Source: Catajapyx aquilonaris (taxonomy: Eukaryota). From it: a DNA stretch of 64,000 bases. The stretch covers positions 62,001 to 126,000 of the forward strand of contig KZ538311.1 of NCBI GenBank assembly GCA_000934665.2. Direction: 5' to 3'. Every line of letters begins with the position of its first letter. The first letter of the stretch is position 1. Below, piece by piece: positions 25,101 to 36,779 of this stretch. The notes under the pieces were generated by a model. The model was not told the DNA's origin and did no database searches. It was given only the letters and a program-made list of their open reading frames with translations. The translations under genes and the position numbers were made by a program.

Positions 25101-28100
25101 TTTCTTCAGGGAAATAAGAAAAATGAGGAAAGCGCCATCTTGCTCTGATCGCTCTAGTGAGCGCGAAATATCTGGAGTTTGATCCTTATTTTTTTTTAAC
25201 GGGCGAGGATGTGGGTCCCAGTGGGTGATGAATGGTGCTAATTTTGCTCATCTTTTGCCTCTGAGCGAAGGATCAATAGACATGGTTTGCTGAAGGGTGA
25301 AAGATGTAATTTCCGCTGCTCTCTCACTCTGTCTTGTTTTACACCTCTTCCAGTCGCAAGGAAAACTGTACGAACTGGAGAAGGTAAGGCGATTTCTTCC
25401 GCACATTTTGACACCGAAAAGGCATGCTCTGGCAAACGGCCCAGAAACTTTTAGCAAAAAAAAAAAAAAGTGCTTTTTGCTGTTATAGATGCACGTTATT
25501 CCGCTCCAGCATGGCCGTAACCTCAATTTTTTCAGGGAAATGGCGTCAGAGGGGCAGCACCTGTTTCTGCCGATGGTGCTGGTGCCACTTTAATGGCGCT
25601 GTTTGGTGTAGACCAGCGCAAAAAAAGTCTGAATTTTTTTGTAACAAGTACAGGGTGTTTCTACTGAATTTCCTACTGTTGAAAGTTTACACTACCGTCA
25701 ATTGAGGCGAGATTGTGCCAGCCCATTTTTATGGACAAGAGTGGGCCCTACCGCGAATTTTCCGCGTAATTGGCAACCTTAACCATTCTTCAATGTAGCA
25801 AAAAATGCCTAAATTTGCTCCATTCCAGTATAGGGCGTAAAAATGTCCAGAAATTCGCTGGCACAATCTCACCACACCTTGCACATTTCTCACCACAATT
25901 GACGGTATATTTGTATTGTGAATGATGTGTTTTAATTTTCAAATGAATTTTAGTGTCCTACCAGCGAATGGTCATGTTGATACTGAACCGTATGATTTAT
26001 CTTATAGTGGTCGGTTGTTTGTTTACCACAAGTTTCCTCTGAGTCACCCCTTCTTTTTTGCTCTGAAAGTTTCGCATCCAGCCCCATCGATTTTTTTTTT
26101 CTCTCGCGAAAATCTTTTTTCGGCGAAATTATTTTGATCCCGAAGAGCTCGTTTAAACATGAGGCCGAGTACCTAGAAGATGCCACCCCCACCATCAAGT
26201 GAAGCAAACGTGTCCACCGGCTGGTTCAGGGAATTTAAGTGGGGAAAATGCAATAATGGTTCATGCGGAGGGGGGATGGATCGTGCCAAAGGCTAATTTT
26301 GCACGGCATCAATTTTGGTTATGTTCCCTTGGTTTTCGGGTAGTATCCCGAGTATAACAATGGGTTGATGCTCCCCCAGTTTCAACCAAGGGCAGCAATT
26401 AGAGCCTCCCTCTCCACGTGCACCGCACTTATTAGCTTCTATGAATAGGCGGGAATGTTGGGCCTTTGCTCCAAGAAGACAGGTGTTATTGATCCTCCTT
26501 GGTTGCTGGGGGTTGCTTGATAGCAAGTCTTGCGTGGTGCTGTCCCCGTCTGACTCAGAAAATAGCGGAGGTTTTCACAGGGGGGGGGGTGTAGGTATAG
26601 GATTATACCTGCATGGGTCGATGATTAGACTTGAATTGTGCTTCAATATGGCGCAGGTGTGTGGGCGTATCGTATATACTCTACTAGGGGAAGGCTAGTA
26701 TATTGATCGTTTTTACAGTGATTCATGATTCTTGAGGCGATTTGTTGCCAGGATTTTTTTGGGGGCGTAGGTGCGTCTTGGAGAAAACCGTTTCTATTGT
26801 TCCCAACGGGAGGGGAGGTACAGGTGCACACACGATCAATGCAAAAGATGATTTCATTGCTGGTTTATTCAGGACACGACTCGTGTCAAGGTGATTGGCA
26901 TGGAATTTATTGACGTAACATATACGTGTACGTGTTCGCATTTGAAGGATAGAAAATAATATAGTTAACAAAAAAATACTGTATGCAATCCCAGGCCAAA
27001 TTTGGGATATTTCGATCATAAAAATTGAAGATATAAATTGCATGAAGCGCTACTTTTGAGAAAAATCAACTTCGCTTTACGTATAAAGGCCAGATTTGCT
27101 GAAGAAAATCAAATCTACAATTTGATCCAGCCAATTCGGGAGCGCTGAAAAAAAACAACTAGAAATTGGTTCGTATTTTTTGTGCGCGCAGTATTCCAAC
27201 CCCACCCAATAATTGTTGGAACATCCTGTATACACGGTAATTCCGTAATTTCCGGTACTGATTATCCTTTATTTGGCAATCTGCTTTTTTTCCCCCTTTC
27301 CATTTATGCAAAAAAAAAAATGCACCTTCATCTCCTATGGATTAGGGAAGGGGGACTACTTATAGGAGCAAATTGGATTTGGAGTGGCAGAATAAGGAAT
27401 TGGACCAGGCTGGGAGACGGATTTGATTTCGTAGCAGGAGAATGCTGGCGGCGGAGGAATGGAGCTAGGCAGCAGGGGAAAGTGTTTATTTTTTAGTCTG
27501 GTTGACTGATTGCGCTTCGGATAGGGAATAAAACAGCCGTAAAAGGGGTGACATCTCCAGAGAGGAACTTGGCCCTGGGAGCCCGCAGGCTGAAAAAAAG
27601 AGTGAAGAGATGCGATCAGTCAGATTCAAAAGACAAGGGGTCACGCGTCGACATCTTTGTTTCCAGAGAAGGGAATTTCAGCCAAGTTGTTTCATGTGGA
27701 TTGCAGTGTAATCAGGCGCATGTCAAAGGCCGAAACTCCGGTTATTATTAATACTATCAAAACTTTTCAGCTGGAGAAGTCGCCGGCTGAATTTTGCAAG
27801 GCTGCTTGCTCTTGACTGCTGTATCACTTTGCATCCGTTTTAGATCGTCTCATGTAATACGCATGCTGTGCATGAGTCGCCTTGTTTTCTGTCTGGATGG
27901 AAATTATATAACATAAGTCCTGGGTGTCGCTGAAAATTGCTCATCAGCAAAAACCGCTGATCTGCTCATAAATATTTAACAGCAGGAGAGCTCTCCTATA
28001 AACCTGCAGCGGCAACGTGTGAATTATTAATTAAGAAAGAGCCGCGGCGGGTTGTGATTACAGACCGCGGTTTACTATGGGGACACCTTGAACAGGCAAC

Positions 28101-31100
28101 TTGTACTCGTTTTACGAAGGAAGGATTCGCTTTACGATGGTGGCCGGAATGGCTAACGAGCATCAGTGCAAAGCAGTGCAACTAATTATTATTAATGAGG
28201 TGCCTGCAGCCCTTTCTATTTGCCCAGCAATTATTCCCCGCGTTTATAGTTAACCAGTTATTCAAAATTAGAGTCGAGCCTCCTGCTGGTTACCCTTAGC
28301 TATGAAGTTCTGACGTGTCTAGTATATATGAGTACTGGCTAACCATGCTAATGATAAAAGAGGCGATTTGGCCCGTTTCTGAGCTAATCTGGCGCATAAA
28401 TGGCGGATCCTTCCTTCATCATGTTCATGCGACAAATTGCCCGACAGCAAGCCACCAGACTGGAGTAATTTTCAGCTCATTCAATTTTCTGGGCGACAAG
28501 TTGTCTTGATAGCGCTGAGTTTGCCTTGCAGCAACTGAAAGGTGCCGAGCGTCACCTGAAGAAACTGGAGTACCAGCTGAGCAAACTGGAGGAACTTCAG
28601 GACCAGTATGCCCTCCAGCAGAAGCTACGAGACGGGGTTCGCTCCATGGCCTATGCCTACGTCCTGTCTCCTGGAAAGGAAAAGGAAAGCGCTCTTCACA
28701 AGGTCCGATCCGGATATCGAGAATGCACGGAAATACTCTGCGCCCTGGAAGCACAGCTAGAACAAATGATGGGCACTCTCCAGTTCCAGATGAAAGGTAA
28801 ATAATATCCTTAGTTCGACACTGATAAAGGTGGGAATCTCACCACATGCTGTGGGTGCGGTTTCAAGAGGAAGAAGTTATCGATTGGTTACTCCACATGC
28901 ACCTTATACAAACCCTCCTTATATAAATGGGAGAGAATAAGCAGGGCAAGGGTGCAAATTGACCTCACCTCACTATACATAATGGCTAAACTTGCTTGTG
29001 GAGTAAACAGTCCATAACTTTCCTGTCCCCATCATGAAGACTTGGACAGTGCATCACCCTGTAATACTCTCCAGCTTCCCTTATCATATCCTTTTTCCCC
29101 CCAGTGGGTTACTTTCGGAGAGATATCCCGAGATATCCAATAAAGAAAACTTTTTCGAGGGGGGGGGGGGGGGGNGGGGGGGGCGGCCGTCTCTCGAATT
29201 TCTGATATGTTTAGTGGGCCGCGAGTCCAATTTCAGCTGGTTATTTTTCGGAATGGTAGGGGGGGAAAAGAAGAAGAAGAAGAAGAAGAAAAAAAAGAAG
29301 GGAGTTCGTGATTTAAGGAGGGTTCATTGAGCGTGACAAGTGACCGTTACCGCAGTTCCAAAAAAGTGATTAAGGACGCGTAGCCAAAAACCATCGGAGG
29401 GAACGTTGTGGAGAAGATGAAGAAAAAAGTAAAATTTTTGAGGCCACTCTCAAGCCAGGGAAAGTTGTGCTATCTCCTCCATTATGCTAACTGGAATCTG
29501 GGGAGGAAAAAAAAATATATGGGTTGCATCACGACAGAAAAATTAATTTCTTGGATTACCGTTTACCGTGCGAAATGGGCGGGCGACTTGGCGTGATAAT
29601 AAGTGGAAAGGTGCCTTAAAATATATGCTGGGGTAATTAATTCGATTTATCATATTTTTTTTAAAAGGGGGCGAGAAACGTGAGAGGATCATTACATGCA
29701 CATTTGAATGAAAAGCACGCCCAATTTCCCACCGTGTCTAGAACATTCCCAGTTTCGCTTTTTTGAGCATGATAGAAGTGGGTGTGGTGCAATAGACGCG
29801 ACTAGAATGCGCCATTTCGCAGGACAAGCAAACGCCCGGAAATGCCATTTTTTTTTGCGAGCAAATCGGAACCTAGTTGTGTGCCAGTTATCAATGCCAA
29901 GGTCTCTCACTCCATGCATGAAACAGCTCTCAGCACATAATATCCTGGGGGTTCTGTTGTGTTCACCTGATGGTTTATGTAAGCAGGGCACAGGTGTGAG
30001 GGGGCAGGAGTGGCAAAGTTGAGGAAGGACAAGGGAGGGGACCAGGTCAGGGTTTTTTGGGCACTGGACACGCTACACGACATGCATGTAAAATGAATGG
30101 ATTTCACATAAACCTGGCGTTTGCCCACAATCATCTGCATGTTGAAACAGAGATACTTGAAATAAATTGCATAAAATATGCAATACCTGGATTGAAATCA
30201 TGACCAGTAAAATATGCTATTTGTGCCAGATGTACAAAAAATTATTACTGGCAGAAAATATTATGAACTCTCTACAAGTGCGTGGGAGCATTACCATGTG
30301 GATGAAATATTTTCACTTGTGTTAGGAGGTGCGGTAATTGCCTTTTGTAACTTTGTGTCTTATTATGTTTTGCAGGGATTCAAGGTTTTGCGAGGCTGTG
30401 TCCAGGTGATATATTTGAGATCACTATCAAGCATGGAGGTCAGAAGTGGAAGAGCCGTGGCCGTGTGAGTAAGGATGGGCAGCAGGCATGGGACAATCCT
30501 CGGGCTGTGTTCAAGGGGTTGTTGGGGGAGGTCCTCTTCATCAAAGCCGTGGAAGTCAAGACATTAGGCAAGCAGGTTCTCCTGGGGAATAAGTTCTGCG
30601 AGACGCGTGACTTGTTCTGTGCCCATCCGCAGCTTATGACTGTGAACCTCAATCCCAGTGGGTCTCTCAAGCTCAACGTGATCGTCACCTGGAAGTAAGC
30701 CTCACGTTCTTGCATATACAATTTTGGGTGTGCGAGGAATTTATTTTGTCATTTTTTTCAGTCCAATTGATAGTGTTGAAGAAGTGGTGTCATTGAGGGC
30801 ACATGCGGTTACCACAGGATCACCTGGGAACAGGCGGAGATCGTCACCATCACCATCAACCACACTGCAGAATGTATTGCTGGAAACTACTGCTGTTGGA
30901 AGTGCGGTGAGTGCAATAGGCTTGAGACAAATAATTGTCGGAGCGTGAATAATACAATTAATTATTGTGGGACCTCATACACAACATTATTATTATTTTC
31001 ATAATATCATTGGAATGTAAAGCTTGGACTGCTAACACTGGAACACTGAATATTATTTTCCACATGGCCAATTCAGTTTCATGATGAAATTAGCACTTTT

Positions 31101-34100
31101 CAGCAATTAAAAGCATTGGGGCGAGAGATGACGCATGAAAAATATAGCCTGCCGAGTGGGCGGTATTTATCGTGATGCGCCGTGGCTGAATTGCTGCAGT
31201 TGGGATGTAGGTTTCAGAATTCAAATATGTGTTATGCAATAATATTTGTGTAAACTGCAGTCCCACTTTACATTCATGCAGTGCAAAAAAGGTTAAAGGT
31301 TATTTTATAGTCAGGCATTATGCTATTTGTAGAACTTGTCATGTATTATGCACTTTTTGGGAGTAGGCAGGAGTATCGGCACGTTCTGAGTGAGGGAGAG
31401 AGCAAAATCATGTCATGAAATGTATGGATGGGCCATGTGGGGCCATCCAGCAGAGTAGTGAGGTGACTTCAGCAAAAATTCCCAATCGGAACAAATTGCC
31501 TCCTTTTTCACTCCCAACTTCTGCGATAGTTCAATGACTGTTTATCCGACGTTTTTCCAATATTATTGGGTTCTACTACAGGGTGGGCCAAAAGTTCCAC
31601 CATCCACTTGTAACCTCAGTACCATGCAGTTTATGTCCAAATTGGCGCCCACTTGAGACACATTCCTGCTTTTCATTCACAGGATTCAGTGTCAAAGGTC
31701 ATGCAGAACATGTAACATTTCGGCTTGTGCTGAGGCACAGTGCATCAAACATTAATATAAAAATCGATACAAATGAGGAGTGTTGGTAGGTCCATGATTT
31801 TCTATGTATTAGTTGAGAACTTGTAACTTTTGTAAGGGACTGGTTGGACTTTTTGGTCCACCCTATACATTGATTTTAGAGCCAAGGGTAAAGGTCAAAG
31901 GGGCGCTTTTAAAAATTTGCACAAAAAGCTACCAGGATTTTATTGGCCTTGGCTGAGAAACACGCCAAGAACAATGCTGCAGTGTTATTTGCTCCATACT
32001 TCTTTTTTTCTCTCTCCGTAAGTTGATTCAATCAAACTCCTAAGTGTGTGCTAGCTGTCTAACTCGTATCCGCCTAACTTTGAAGTTCCTAAACCTCAAT
32101 GACCTGACTGGGATGGAGCAGGTCCACACCCAATTCAGTCTCCAGTTACTAGTTTGACTTTGGAATAAGGTTGGCACTCCCACTGGAGCAGAAGTTTGCG
32201 GTGAACTTTCAACCTTTCCCAGTTTAGGCCTATGCGCCTGTGTGCTTCGCAGTGTTCCGGCACTCCGCTACCAGAGAATGACATTGTTATAATTCAATGC
32301 GGATTACGTATAATTTGCAATATTTTTGGAATTAAGGCTGCTATTGTCACAAATGTTATATTGCAACCTATCACACTAATACGACTGCATTAATTCACCA
32401 GGGATCGTCATATGGCAGCGACAGCTTGTCTCCTGACCATGACAGCGGTCAGAGCTCAACATCCGCCAAGAGCTCCACGGTGGACAGTGCAAGCCCACTG
32501 TCCGAGTACCGCAACATGCTCAACCACACGGCTGCCAACAACCACTCAGGAACGGACCTTCTGTACCCCAAGTCTTTGAGACATTCTGTGCGGACAGACA
32601 GCAGTGACTCTATTGATCGGGGGTCATCAGATAGCAGGGAAGGAATGAGGGATGGAAGCCCCTTGCACTTAGATCGGGACTTGATATCAGACCCATCTGG
32701 AAACTTCACCCTCCGGAGAAAGATCGAAAATGGGGTTGAGAACAAGCGATATTCTCTGCAGGTGAGGATAACGCCAATGTGCGTACTCACATATGGGACA
32801 CTCTTCTGCAACTAAATTATTCAATAATATTCAGGTTCCTCAGCATGGTGGAATAACCACGGAAACAATGCTGGGTGGTGGCCATAACTTTGACAGGCCG
32901 AGGACGGCAGACTTCTCATATCTTCTCCGTGAGGCTAGAAGTGAGGAGGCTGTTGGACTTGGGAACATGTCCGGAGGTGAGGTGGGCCTGACCAGGTGGA
33001 CCGGTTGGCGAGATCATGATGATATGTCCCTCCGAGATGTGATTCAGAGGTTGAGCAGCTGCCTGGAGGACATCCAAGGACAGTATCCAGAGTTGCATGT
33101 TGTGGAGCTTCATGTCATAGAGCTGGAGGAGCTTGTCCGGGTTAGTCACGTTTTATTCAATACGGTACAACCTGTACGCAATCTCATGGAAATCATATCC
33201 GTTTCAGTCTTCGAGAAGCAGAAGAGGGTCAAACTCTTCAGATATAAGCTTAAGTGTTGAAAGTGCCCTTGAGTGTTTCGACTTCCTCAACACTGAAACC
33301 GATGAAGAAACAGACTTTGTTGATGCCATCCATGACTCAAAAAATGTAAGTCCTACCTGCTCGTAATAGTGTTGACTGTGAGGTGTAATCCATTTACGTA
33401 ATTTTGGAAACAGGTTAAACTTGACCCGGGTATGACTACCCGTACCTGTGACTCAGGAATTGGCTCCCTGGCACACCAGCTGACTGAGAAACACTGTAGG
33501 AATATGAGCCCGCCACCGTCATTTGGCCTGGTCACTGGCAGCCCGCAACTTGATCTGACTCTTCTCACCCACCTAAACTATTGCCAAAAACTAGTAGAGG
33601 TAATTTAAGAAGTTGTACATCATAAGGATTACTTTTTAATTGTAATGTTGGACCTTACAGAATTTGGGTTCATTTGGTCCGATGCGTTGGCGTGAGCGTC
33701 ATGCACTGGAGAAGCTCCAGAAGCAGGCAAAGGTGATTGGCAAGATCATCAGACATGCGAAGAATGGCAACACCACCAGCATTACAGGCATTAGGGAGCT
33801 TGGAAGTCATCCGCACCTGCAGGTATGTTCCATTGCTTTTCCGTCACGTAATGATGAGATTTATTTACAGTGATATTTCTCTGCAGGTTTTATGGGAGAA
33901 AGTGACAGACCAGGGTCTACACCTGTGTGTGACAGCAGATGAAGTTTTGCAAGGTTTGGAGCCTGAGTGTAGAGCAACACTTAAGGACAAGACTCCTGGG
34001 TTTTCTTTTAAAGGTACGCTGTATACAAAATACTGCCTCATCGAGTTGAAAAGTGCAGTCGAGTCTTAATATTTTGCCCTGCTTCTGGCTCGCCCGAAGT

Positions 34101-35341
34101 TGTGAAACAGCTACTTTATAGATTTTCTGACTGCACTTTTAGGCATTGCGATACTTTCGTTATGCTGTCAATGTGTCTAACAATTTGTATATTTCTGCAG
34201 TGACCAAACTACTGATCCAGCAAATGCTGGATATCCAAGCTTTCGACCCGGCAGCCATTGTGACTGCCTATCAATTCCAGCTTCACTTCCGAATGCATGA
34301 CAGGTCCTTAGCAAAGCACCTGGAGGAGCTCTCTGAGGAAGGTTGGTCATTTGTAATTATTACTGTAATAAAAATTAGATTTTAAATAGCCGTATATCTT
34401 GTTCGCTGTCATTCCCTGAGACATTGGTTACTTTCGGGATGACGGCAAAGTGCGGATGTATAATTAGCACTGCCTTCATGCAGAACTGGGCTAGCAGCCA
34501 AAATTTCCACTTCTCATCTACTGTCCGTATGAGCCGTGCCTTCCTGTTTCCCACCCTTTCATGTCATTAGGTAACACGGACAGCTCCCTTGCCAGAGTAT
34601 AAACTGCGGAATTATGCATTCAAAGATGTTAAACTACTCTGCTTCTACTCCCATTAGTGAACATCCTGCAATCATTCCAAACGGGGGACACCGATGTGAT
34701 AAAGGGCACCTTGACCCATATGACCTACTCCCAGCCTCCAAAGAGTGCGGTCACAGCCTTGGGTCACCTGCTGGTCGACCCGGAGACGAAGGTGCTGGCC
34801 ACCCACTTCCTGGAGGACATTACTCCAGAGTCGCCTTTCAGGCAGCAGGTCAGGGTTCAGATGACCTAATGCTGAAATGAAGTGTTTCGGGGGCTTACAC
34901 TAATTTCACTGAATTTCAGGTAGTGAATGTGATGACTGAAGCTCTAGAATCTTCCAACGCGATGGACAGGCGAGTGGCCTGTGTCGCACTGTCTATTGTA
35001 CAGGCATTTGAAAGTATACCACAGCTGGCCTATCTGGTGCAGGCTGACGACTCCGAAGAAGTCAGGTGAGATACAATTATTGATGCTCACAAGGTGCATG
35101 GAAATAGTAAAATGCTAAAATGCACAAAAATGTTTGCGGAATGTGAAGCTAGCATTTTCACCATACAATTAGCCATATTGTACATCGTTTACGATATCCG
35201 CCATCCTTTTTTAACACTTACGACTTCCGTTTCAGAAACGAAGCTAAGGATGCTCTCCTGACACTAGGGAAGGAAGGCCAAGAGGCCTACCAACAATCCC
35301 AACTTTCCAGTCATGGTTTTCAGGGACTAAGTGTAAAATAA
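19151..35341 (+). CDS. RIPOR: RIPOR/FAM65 family protein (Rho-interacting cell polarization regulator), 16 coding exons, 1001 aa
   Basis: Exons 19151-19299, 23706-23940, 25354-25383, 28532-28796, 30376-30694, 30762-30906, 32402-32761, 32835-33140, 33208-33345, 33414-33599, 33661-33822, 33887-34013, 34201-34341, 34658-34848, 34920-35065 and 35236-35341; all GT-AG with matching phases, total 3006 nt. Family motifs LSRSKSFGG (cf. RSQSFAG), LYELEKQLKGAERHLKKLEYQLSKLEEL, MKGIQGFARLCPGDIFEI, SLSVESALECFDFLN, and C-terminal helical EEVRNEAKDALLTLG. Confidence 0.88.
24438..24646 (+). repeat. Tandem array of four CCAAT-box + CRE-like composite units in RIPOR intron 2
   Basis: CCAAT at 24462, 24530, 24572 and 24614, each followed by TGGCGTCA, TGACGTCA, TAACGTCA or TGACGTCA (24481, 24548, 24590, 24630). 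The array is bounded by the direct repeat CACTGGCTCAA. Confidence 0.75.
25695..25905. mobile_element. MITE (Tc1/mariner-pogo-like, TA target duplication), about 211 bp
   Basis: TA|CCGTCAATTGAGGCGAGA ... TCTCACCACAATTGACGG|TA imperfect terminal inverted repeats, plus a subterminal inverted copy GCTGGCACAATCTC; no ORF. Confidence 0.7.
31579..31865. mobile_element. MITE (Tc1/mariner-like, CAGGGTG termini, TA target duplication), about 287 bp
   Basis: TA|CAGGGTGGGCCAAAAGTTCCACCA ... TGGTTGGACTTTTTGGTCCACCCTA|TA; imperfect TIRs of about 24 bp. Confidence 0.7.
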
Positions 35342-36779
35342 AAAGAAAAAAAAGAGTTAGGCAGCCTCTTAATCGGATGTACAGTGACGGGGCTTGCACA
35401 GTCCGACTAATATTTGTACATAAAGGAAACTTATAGACTGACCTAGTGAAAAAAAAGGGGGGGAATGACCAAGTTTTAGGCGGCTTTAGGAGAAAATTGT
35501 TCCATGCGGTGAATTTTTGGCCTGAAGCTTTCAAAAAGTCCATGTAAAGAAAAGCTATGCGTGTCTTTTTTTTAAGTTGTCCATCTTTGTACAGTGAAGT
35601 TTTAAAGGCGCGACTTGTTCCTCAATTAAGTTTCGAGTCGACACTGGCATTGCATGTTAAAGAAAATGTCTGTGTTAGATTAAGTTTTCCAGATTTGTGT
35701 TTAAGAGGACGTTTTCTGTTTAAATTGTTTGAGTTTAAACGAGGTGAATAATGTATTTCCAGTTACCAAAGACGAAGGAGCGATTCACGCTTCCGGTGCA
35801 GTTATTTTAGAAAGTTAACGAAGAGCTTTAATTTGTCCTTCTTGAGTAAAATGTTGCCAACTCAAGGTGCTTTTTTTCCTGAAATACTCAGAGTAGGTGT
35901 ACATCTAGGCCATTTTAAAAAAATCTGTTCAGTAAATTTCTAGGTGCTGCTATCCTGCTTGGTTTTTTCCCATAGGCAGAACAGGTGAATAATTGTTAAG
36001 TGCATTTCATAGAAATGGAAGTTTTAAATGTGATGCCAGATTGCACCTTTTATTGTGTCACGCCACCCTTGTGCAAAAGTGGTATTTTTTACTCTTTGGC
36101 AACAACGGACTGGTAACGGCAGCAACGAGTTAGCAGTATCTGTGTCTATAGATTTAAAAAATGGCCAAGTAAGTAGTCGGTGTTTACAGGAATATTAAGA
36201 AAATAAACTGAAATTGCTCACGTTTTGGGTCGACATGATGAACAAATCATGAGGTTCAGTGAGGTAAAGTAGCATTCTCGTGTTGACAACTGAGGTGAAA
36301 AGCTCGTTTTTTTTATTATTTGAGGCTAAAGTTCTGTCACTGTAATAATAATAATAATATTGAAAAGAGATTAGGGAAGAGGTCTGGTCACAAGAGGAAT
36401 CATGCATTTGCAGGAGCCTTGAGAATGAAAACGCTAGTAATAAATGTGCCATACATTCAGTGTGAGCGAAGTGCTTGTCAACGTTGTTGTTTTCCTTTTT
36501 CTTGCGTGGCTAACACTTGTTTAAGTTTGCCACATTTTCACTATGATGCGTACTAAAGGAAAGACTGGAAGTTTGCAGAGAGACCTTTCTATAGTGCTAA
36601 TGTCGTACTTGGAATCACACTATTCTGATACCTTTTTTTTTTGCCATTGCTCTTGCTACCATATTGATTTTTCTATCTCCCTCCACTTTGTTGGCAGCAG
36701 TGCATGTGAAAGTATACTTGGATTTACAATTTATATAATCAATATTGTCCTGACAGAATAAATGAGTTGTTTAGAGAGT

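Noticed and set aside
31011..31022. TGGAATGTAAAG, matching the 5' end of miR-1
   Set aside because: The match stops after 12 nt and I see no precursor hairpin.
32055..32170. Possible alternative terminal RIPOR exon (LSNSYPPNFEVPKPQ*)
   Set aside because: The acceptor lacks a pyrimidine tract and there is no homology support.
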